Assembly (NCBI GenBank): GCA_002633005.1
Contig: NMRA01000397.1
Coordinates: 97,217-161,216, forward strand
DNA length: 64,000 nt
Direction of reading: 5' to 3'
From: Phoronis australis
Taxonomy: Eukaryota; Animalia; Phoronida
Below are positions 52,901 through 61,900 of the stretch, in pieces (position 1 is the first letter of the stretch; each line of letters begins with the position of its first letter). The position numbers and the translations under genes are program-made. The notes under the pieces are model-generated. The model ran no database searches. It saw nothing but the letters and a program-made list of their open reading frames with translations, and was not told the origin of the DNA.

Positions 52901-55900
52901 AGTGATTTTTTTTCAGGACAGTCGGATATTATTGATAAATTGAAGACATTAGTGTAGAATTCTATGTGCGGCATTTTTCGCACGTACACGTTCATGGACT
53001 GTGCGCTTATTTTAGCAAAGTCTGAAAACGCATGGGAGACGTTTATAGGGGCGTGGGCAGTTATTAGGGCGAATACGGTACCTGCTTTCCTCGCAGCTTC
53101 ATAGTTTGCACAAGCGGGAACGATACAGCAAACCATAGCGACACTCTACAGAAGAAGCACTGATGTCGCTGTGTCGTTTACTCACCTTTGTCATAGGTTA
53201 ATGCGACACCTCTTGGTGAGGTTAGATGGACCGTATATGAGGTGATGTGGATATAGACCAATTAAAACGGTAAAAAAGACCAATTAAACCGGGTGGCATT
53301 GTCCTTTAATGTAGTCAAGACACAATCGTAGTGGAAGTCAATCGTGTATTCGACTGTTTTGCATACCGATGGCTTAGATGGTTTCAGATGAAAATTCTTC
53401 ATAGAATTATTGGATCTATGGTGAACTCCTGCGTAAGATTGGGGTTACAGACTCTAGCCAATTTATTTTCTGCAAAAAGGAACTAGAAACAATTTACATT
53501 TGTTTTTCCAGTGTCCAGTTGTTAGGAATTTCTGGGACGATTTATATGAAATTATTATACGAACAACTGGAGTAACTCTTACTATAGAACTGATTTAAAT
53601 GTTGTCGTTTTTGGTAAAATAGGAGAAGCAAATGCGATAACAAATCTGGTTGTTCTGGCTAAAAGACATGTATATAATATGAAACTCAGAGAGTGGAACC
53701 TTGCTCCTTTCCTTTTCACAAAGAAATTAAAACATTGTTTTGAACTGGAAAAACTATAAAGAGATATCAAAAACAATAGCCTAAATTTATACACTATATT
53801 AAGGACTGCCTAGTAAGTAAGTCAGAATAGAAATGCAAATACAAATACAAGAATCACTGTTCAACTTATTTCACAACCTAGGTGCCTGTTGGATGTTCTG
53901 TTGGAAAGTCTGAATCAGAGTGACCCTATCAAGGTGGATCATCCTAAAGAGGAAGGGGACACAGGCGAGAAAGAGGAGCTCCCTACCGATAAGGAGGAAC
54001 GTAGTTCTGGCCAGACAGCCCGCATACTCAACCTGCTGGCTTACTTATCCTCTCAGAATGTAATCAAGGTGCCTCTGTTACACCTGCTGAGTTCTAGGTG
54101 AGTTAACGCCCGTATGTGATCCTGAATTGAATTTGTGTGGATGCGCTGTCAAATTTTGCACTGTAATTGTAAAAAAACTGTTCTCAGATTGAAGGTATTT
54201 GTATTCTAAAGCTATATATCACAAGGTTGAATTTCGCATGTGACGCCCAAATTCTGCTACTTAATCAAAATTCTCAAGTATTGTGACAGTGGTTAAGTTG
54301 TTGGGTTACAGAAACTGTTAGTGTTTTCTCACAGCTGTTCAGATGTTGAGTTGCGGAATTTCGTTTTCTTACTAACAGTCATTTTAAGTCACAGTTATTG
54401 TTTTCTTACTGAACTTTAATTGTTGTCTTAATTAGAGTATATGCTACTTGTGTGCACTTTCAGCTCCAAGTCTGAGGAAGCATATTCCACGTTGTTAGAC
54501 CACATGTTGACCATGTTGAACACAGTGTCAGATAGACCTGTTCATCTTCAAGCCCAGGACTGTGTCGTGGTCAGTAGGCACAATCAGTCTTTTCAGCACT
54601 CGCTTGTTTTTGATTATCATTTCCTTGCAGTAATTTTCTTACCCTTAAAATACCAGTGTAAAATCTTGCTATACAAATGATTAAGGTTTTATGAACTCTA
54701 CAAGTTAGGCAGAGTGAAAATCAGAATTTTCATTACTTGGTCAGTTTTATTCCTGGTTATTAATCCTGATATTTTGGACTTTATCTCAGAGACTTTGCCT
54801 TTGCAGAGGTTCTTTAAGGCTTGATGTAATGATTATTACCAACCTCGGAGCTCATTGACTTTGTTCTAATGGACACTCTGGTCCACCAATATTGTGTTAC
54901 CCTCTCAGGTGCAACTTAAGTTTACTGAAGGCAATTTATGCAGTTGCTTGGTAGAAGTAGTCACTGTTGATTCTTCACAATGACCTTATTTACAGTCAAG
55001 AGCAGTGCTTAACTGCTTTGACTTCGTTATACTCTCAGTAACACTGCTGACATCTTTGAATTATTTTGAATGGGTAACTTAATATCGATTATGTCAACAA
55101 AAAGGTGACTATATGCCCAGTTAGTTGCAGTCTAATTATGCCTAGATTGCTTCTGATTCTGTGGCCAAGAACTGGGTTCGTTGTTATATGTACTTGGTTG
55201 TTTGTAACCTGATCATTTGTTGTTTACAGTCAATTGTTCAGTCCTTGTGTGACCCAGAGGTTACTCTAGTCACGGGAGATAACAACTTGAGCATCCAGGA
55301 ACAGGTAAACTAATCATGTAACTTCAAACCTACTGCTGTTGACAATATATGTAAGCAGTGATAAACTGGGAACATTGGGATGCCTTTAAGCATGAAAACC
55401 AAAAATGAAGATTTTATTTCAATCTGAAGTCTAGAAACCTGCACCTGTCCCGTTGATGAAAGTGAAGGGACAAAATTCACAACATCCATGTTGAAGCACT
55501 TCTATTATCTGATTTAATTTGACACTCATCAATTTGGTTTTTTACGTTTTGTTTATTGAACTCTATTGTAGCAGGTTGTTATAATCTTGTTGAAAACTAC
55601 TTTCACTGCCTCACAAAAGTGACAAAAGTGCAATTCACACTACGAAGAGCCCTGAAGCAATTACTATATTTCTTCAGTTAATCAGAAAGTAATATGACAA
55701 ATCAAGTTGTCATTGGATTTAATAACGCTACTTGCGCTGGGGCAACTTAACACATTCTAACAACTTAACTTGCCTTATCAAGGTAGAGTAACTTGTTGTG
55801 TGTTAACTTGCTGCAGCGTTAGTTGTTGTGTGGATTCAAATCTACTGACAAGGCTAATCAGCTGCTGTGTGATTGCTCACTATACACATGGAGGTGTCTG

Positions 55901-58900
55901 ATCCTTTCTGAACCATATTCGTCGCAAAGTGTGCAGTATAGATGCTCGACTGAAAATGTGCAAGTTTTTCTAACTAAAGTCATTTGTAAACATTTATATC
56001 TCTCCAGTAGCTTGGGATACAGTTATATGAACAATAAGATAAACATTTTCATTGGACTGTGTCACGTTTTTCAGTTGGTCAACTCCATTCCTGGCAAGTC
56101 TCAGTTAGCGATGATATGTGGCGCTCTTCTGGAGCACATTGGCCACCCAGACCACATGTACCCGTCCATCTTGATAGCCCTGAGGACGCTCAATATGTTA
56201 CTCTACCATGATCACGGCTTTTACGCTCTCAAGAGGTGAGTTTTGTGATGAAAATTAGGATGAAGGCGGATGACCGAAATTTATTGTTTCATTTGCTACT
56301 TCTGTTTTTTTATGAAATTGAATGTCTCATGTAACGTTAAACTGCACCTCATAATACAAGTAGAGAAGTTGAATTGTAAAGTTCAAGTGAAAATATCTGA
56401 ATAATGTTGGAATCATGATAAACAAATGAATCTTGTAAATAATGTAAGTTGCATGACATGCCTAAAATCAAAGTAAATCACAAATCATGTTTCTCAAGTT
56501 GGGAAACAATCGATGTCTTAAGCCCATAAACAGCAACAATGTCTTGAACTTGAACAAATTCAAACAGTCATGTTTACTGATTAACTGTTCACTTTATGGT
56601 CAGTTATCCGATTTCAAACACTTCATGCTATGGAACTAAGAAAAACGAGAATTAAAATTTCCATTTTATCGATCCAAAAAGCTTGCACAAATTATTTTTT
56701 CCAACGCAAATATGTGTATGAATTATTTTTCCCTCGGTCGCCTACTGTACGAACTATTGGAGACAAACGCCATGTTTCAAGGGTCCTGCATGAACTAATA
56801 GAGTGTACGAACTATTAGAGAAAACACCGTACTTGATTTTGTAATAGCTTACTCTTAATGTCTTTTGCAACAAAAATTTCTGCATTTCTAAGCTTTCCCT
56901 TTTAAACCAAGCTGTATGTTGGTGCATACTTATGTGAATATTTCCTCTACAATTATTCTCGATGTACTCTCAAAACCTGTGTCTGCCTTGGCCAGTCTAT
57001 AGCCAGGACAGGCTCCCACTTTAACGGTGATCTCCAGCTGGCCAGCCACAATTGCACTGCACATGCCCATCACTGGAATTAATGAAGAATCGTATTTTTG
57101 GGAGGTCATTGGAAAGTGCTGTTCTTTGAAAAAGTATAAAAAATTGATGCTAGTATTAGTATCCTGTCTGTTAACATACACAGCAATGTCACAGTTTTCA
57201 TAGATAGCTATATTTACTCAAATCTATTGTACCAGTTACTATGATGTAAGGGTTGCAATGTCTGATTCATTTTCATGCTGAATATCAACATCATAGTCAC
57301 TTGAAAACAGCATTGCTTCTTGGACTTATAAATGTATCATGTTACTTTACGGGTTGTAGACTTACGAGTGATTGGCTGGTAGACGTCAGTATTTCCGATG
57401 TTCACCACCGCATCTATTGGTTGAGGGTTGTAGCACTCATGACCATTAAACTCAATCCACCAACGGGCACAGCTGAATTGTTCTACATTCACATTGGTCG
57501 AATACATCACTTGTATATGGCTGGTGAAGTTGCGTTTATTGAAGGTCACCTTCTGTTGTCAGACAACACACAACTTATTTGTTAACTGGTTGGATAATGT
57601 ATAATTTTCAAAAGTCAAAATGTTCGCAATTCCACAGCTTTTACAATTTGCTTAAACTGTAACTTGAGAAAGGTTACTACATTCCCTAACATGATATAAA
57701 ATTTGCCATAAATGTTTTTTTTTCCGTCGTCATACTGTCTCTCAAAATCAATATTTCCTGTCCTACTGAAAATTTTCATTTGAAGAAAAATGATGGAACC
57801 AAGTTCGAAATTTTTTAACTGTGACCTCTGTGAGTTTGATGTTGCTCATTATGCTGTTAGGTAACTATGAAGTAATATGGGTGTGTATAAGCTGAATTAT
57901 GCCAACAATTTGCCAGCACAACCAATTTTGGCGTCGTGTTGCTATTTTGGATGGTAAGAAACCACTATTAGTGTAGTTGCTTGTGAAAACCGATATACCA
58001 GGCACAAATGTGTTAATTCATACGATAAGTCTATAAGTCTTACCTTTATGATACCTTTGCTGAATATGTCTCGTTTCTTCCACACATACTGTTTGCTAGT
58101 ACTCCTTGGGTGCTTCTCTAGATAAGATTTTAAAGGTGTTGAACTCATTCCGTTTAGAACAATAGCTATCATATTACACTGAAGTGAATATGGTAATTGG
58201 CTACTTTTGTGGATTTTTGAAAACAATTCAGTGTTCATGTATTGCATAAAATTATATCTTTATTTTTCGTTGCTACTCATAAGTGCATTATTTATGCACC
58301 AAATATGCGAGTTGTGTGCAACGACTTAACAATTGATTCCAATTATGTGGCAAATCTTCGACAGCTATGTTTGACGCATTAAGCAGTTTTTAACATCGCT
58401 CTTTCTTCAGTGAGTGAGTGGTATGACTTGCACGAAACTGCAGATATTTTATGGTCTGTGGCTGAGGTAACCATGTCTCAGATTGCTTCCATAGAAAAGC
58501 AGAGATATTGACCAACAAATAGGAAGATTTGTGGTGATGTATTGATAAGGGAATGTAATGGCTGATTTTTTCTATTGTTTGTTTGCAAATAATAAGTCGA
58601 AGACATGATTCCCTACGTGGGTATTGTAAGGATATATTGTGGGGACGTGAAGTCATTTGCAATTCAACTTTTTTGGATTCATGTTCAAACTAATCAATGA
58701 TAATTTTCCAAAAATGGTAACCACATTGTTATAAACAACTGTGGGATGTTTTAGGCTTGGATTGAGATTTCTTAGACATTGAATATTCAAAAAATGTATA
58801 CTTTTAAGGGAGGGTTGAAAACGGACTGTTAAGACATGTGATGAGATGTGAAAGGACTTTGCGATGGTTGATGATTTCTTTAATTAAGCTGTCATATTTC

Positions 58901-61900
58901 TGAATTTGATTTCAAAATAGGTGCAAAATTGCCCCATATCATGTTACTTAGAAACCTTAAGGGTATATTCAGAATGCTCACCTAAACTTTCAATCCTTTG
59001 TCTCTGAGTAGTTAGCTGCTTGGTCATAACTTCCCGTTCCAAGTTACCATTGGTCAGCTTCTCAAAACACTGCTTCACGTCTTCTATACTGTGATTTAGA
59101 CGTTGTTTCATCAGTTGCTGTGTAAGTGCTAAATTTTGCTGTTTTACCTCCATCGTGGTCTGCTTTATCTCTACAGTAACCACTTTCGATTGTGCAAGAG
59201 CTATGGAAGAGTTTTGATTAGCAATGTCATTCTTGTTTAACATACTCAGTTCTGAAATCGATTTCAAGTCTGCTGCCAGTTTGTCAGTCTCTGACTTCAC
59301 TGTTCTTAAGTCTTTCCTAAGTTCACTTACAGTGTCACATTTTAGTTCAGTACACACCACTTTACCTCCAACTTGCTGCTTGAGCCAAGATAGTTTTTTG
59401 GAATGCTTTCTCTGTTCCGTTTGAACTTGTGTAAGCAGTGTAGTTATCACGTCAACTCGCGATTGAGAAAGCGTTTGTCTGGCTCTCAGCTCGGCATTTT
59501 CTGTTGTCAACTTGTTGATGAGACTGGTCTGGTGTTGGAGAAGGGAGTCTTGTCTTTGTATGCTGGCTTCCAGCACATGTTGTTTGGTTGTCAAAGACCG
59601 AATGTATTCTTCTGTTTTGGAGGTCAAGAGATCAAGTGTTGTTTGCATGAGGTTGACGTCTGCTTCTAAATCAGCCACTGTTCCATAAATACGGCAGAAG
59701 AGAAAGAGAACTACTATACCATTCACTAAAGCTGCTGACATTTTGAATGCCATCTATGTCAATAAGTTTTCCTTGTTCAAATCTTGACTATCATCGATAT
59801 CACTTATTGCTGTGGCCAAATTGAACTTTACTCATGACTTATCTGATATGTGTAGATTTCAGGTCATCACATTTTGTGTATTGTGGCCTTCCTCATCTTA
59901 TCGTTTCATATTGTTATTGGCTGATAAAAATTTCCCAGTGATAATAGCATCTGAAAAGTTAACATAACTACAAAAAAATTAAGATGTTGAATAAGTTCAC
60001 ATCAAGTGAAAACAGAACTTATGTGCGTGACGGTCATTGATTATTTTACTAGATAGTTCTCTTGATTCTAGTTACTGTTTATTTAATTCGTAGACTCACA
60101 TCCGGTCCTCTAGTCTAATTCAAGCCATTGGACAAACTACCAAGTGTTTTTTGCTCTCTGTTCAATGGTCTACTACACATTCTGCTATGAAAGTTTTGCC
60201 CAAGTGAAGTTAATGTATCCTCTCTATTGCTTTCCACAATTGTTATCAATCCATTCACAGTGCCCTCAAGAACAACAAGCAAGCCCTGTTCAACCTGTTT
60301 CACCGCATCAACAACACGTTCAGCCATGACAGTTCCGACTGTGTGTCCACACTTTCTACAGCACTGGAGCTGCTACGTTCACTTTCTGCGCTTGACCTGC
60401 CACCTGTCGACGAGGAGGGCCTAGCGGAAACGATAAGCTTGAGGTACGATACTGGGCAATAGTCAGTTATACGGGTCACGGATTTTGAGAAGCAGTCTGG
60501 TGCCTGTTATTCTGTTGAGAAAATTGGTTCTCAAAATGCGGGATCCCTATAACAACTATTACCTGATGCTGTGTAAATATTTGAAGGGAATAGTCTTGGT
60601 GCATCTGCCTCAGTGTCGTACTATTCATACTTGAACCTGTTCTGCTGGACTGAATTTACCCAATTCTGATATCCTCAGGATGTCTTGTCTCCTTAGGAGG
60701 ATTATGTTGACTACTGCTAGTGGCAGGAAATCGTGTCACGTAAGATCATGTTTGTCTTGTTATGCTGCCAACACTCTCAATCCATGTTGACGACAATTTG
60801 AATCTGGCGCCTCCTAGCTTTTTGAGAGAAGGTTTTATGGCTTTGATGTAGATAGCCTCCTGTACCTGTCTATCAAGCCATTTTGTCTCTGCACATTCAG
60901 AGAGACCAGACATCTCAGAGGATTTAAGAATTAGAAAAATACCGTCCAGCATACCAGATTCAAGAATGCATTTTCTGGATGGCTGAAGAACCACATTTTA
61001 TGGGCCAGTCATAGGTGACCTTATTATGTGCTTGGTAAAAGTGCACACTCCGCACATACTTGACTAAATTTGACCAAGCTAGGTTAGGCTTAATGGAGGG
61101 TTACCTTGTTAAATATTTTTCTCCAAGCTTGAATTTCTTTGCTTCGTTACTAACCATTGCTCGGTCTGCTTGAAAAAAATAAGAAAGGTAAATCAAGCTT
61201 GCCAAAAAACTGTTGAATCAAGTTGTTGGGTCAAGCTTGGAAAACCTTGCTTCTAGCTAAGCATTACTGTCCAAGCTTGAATAAGAATACTGATCAATAA
61301 CATAATTCAAGATTATTAACTTAGCAAATTCTGTTGCCAAGCAAAACTTTTCATAACATCTTATGACCTGTTTTCGCGTGACAATGTAGCTCGTGCAACC
61401 CCTTCAAATGCGCTAAAATAAAGACATCTGACAGTTACTAATAAAGTTATGGTTTGTGTGAAACCTTCAATTAGGTAGCCCCAATACTACAGTATTGGCC
61501 AAACTTGTATAATTTGAATAACATCATGTACTTGTTGCCAGTAAAGACTAGTCAAGCTGCTTGACAAATTTTGCTTACATTTGGCTAACTGCCCTGTTCC
61601 CAGAAATCGATGGCTAAAGAGTGAATGTTTTTTAAAGGCGAAGGCAACCTTTTTCCATGTCATTTTGAGCTAAAATAAGGTTGGTTGGTTATCCTAGACA
61701 TATTTTCCACTTAATTACAGCTTTTCGTAATTTTATGAATTACTCGTCCGCTACTCCGGAAGTGACGTTTTAGGAGGCAAGCATTTCGCGCCACCGTCTG
61801 CAGGATGTTTTTTTAAATTAGAAAGTGTATTTGTAGGAAGGTGACAACGAATGATGGCAACATTCAGATGTATTGGACTACCGCTGGCAATTTTATATTT

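Noticed and set aside
58390-58662. Additional exon of the nested gene
   Set aside because: Not needed for phase continuity, no CTHRC1-like similarity, and no convincing splice sites.
58944-59753. Stand-alone 269-aa single-exon gene or LINE ORF1
   Set aside because: It has a signal peptide and a donor at 58981 in phase with the downstream CTHRC1-like exons; no adjacent ORF2.
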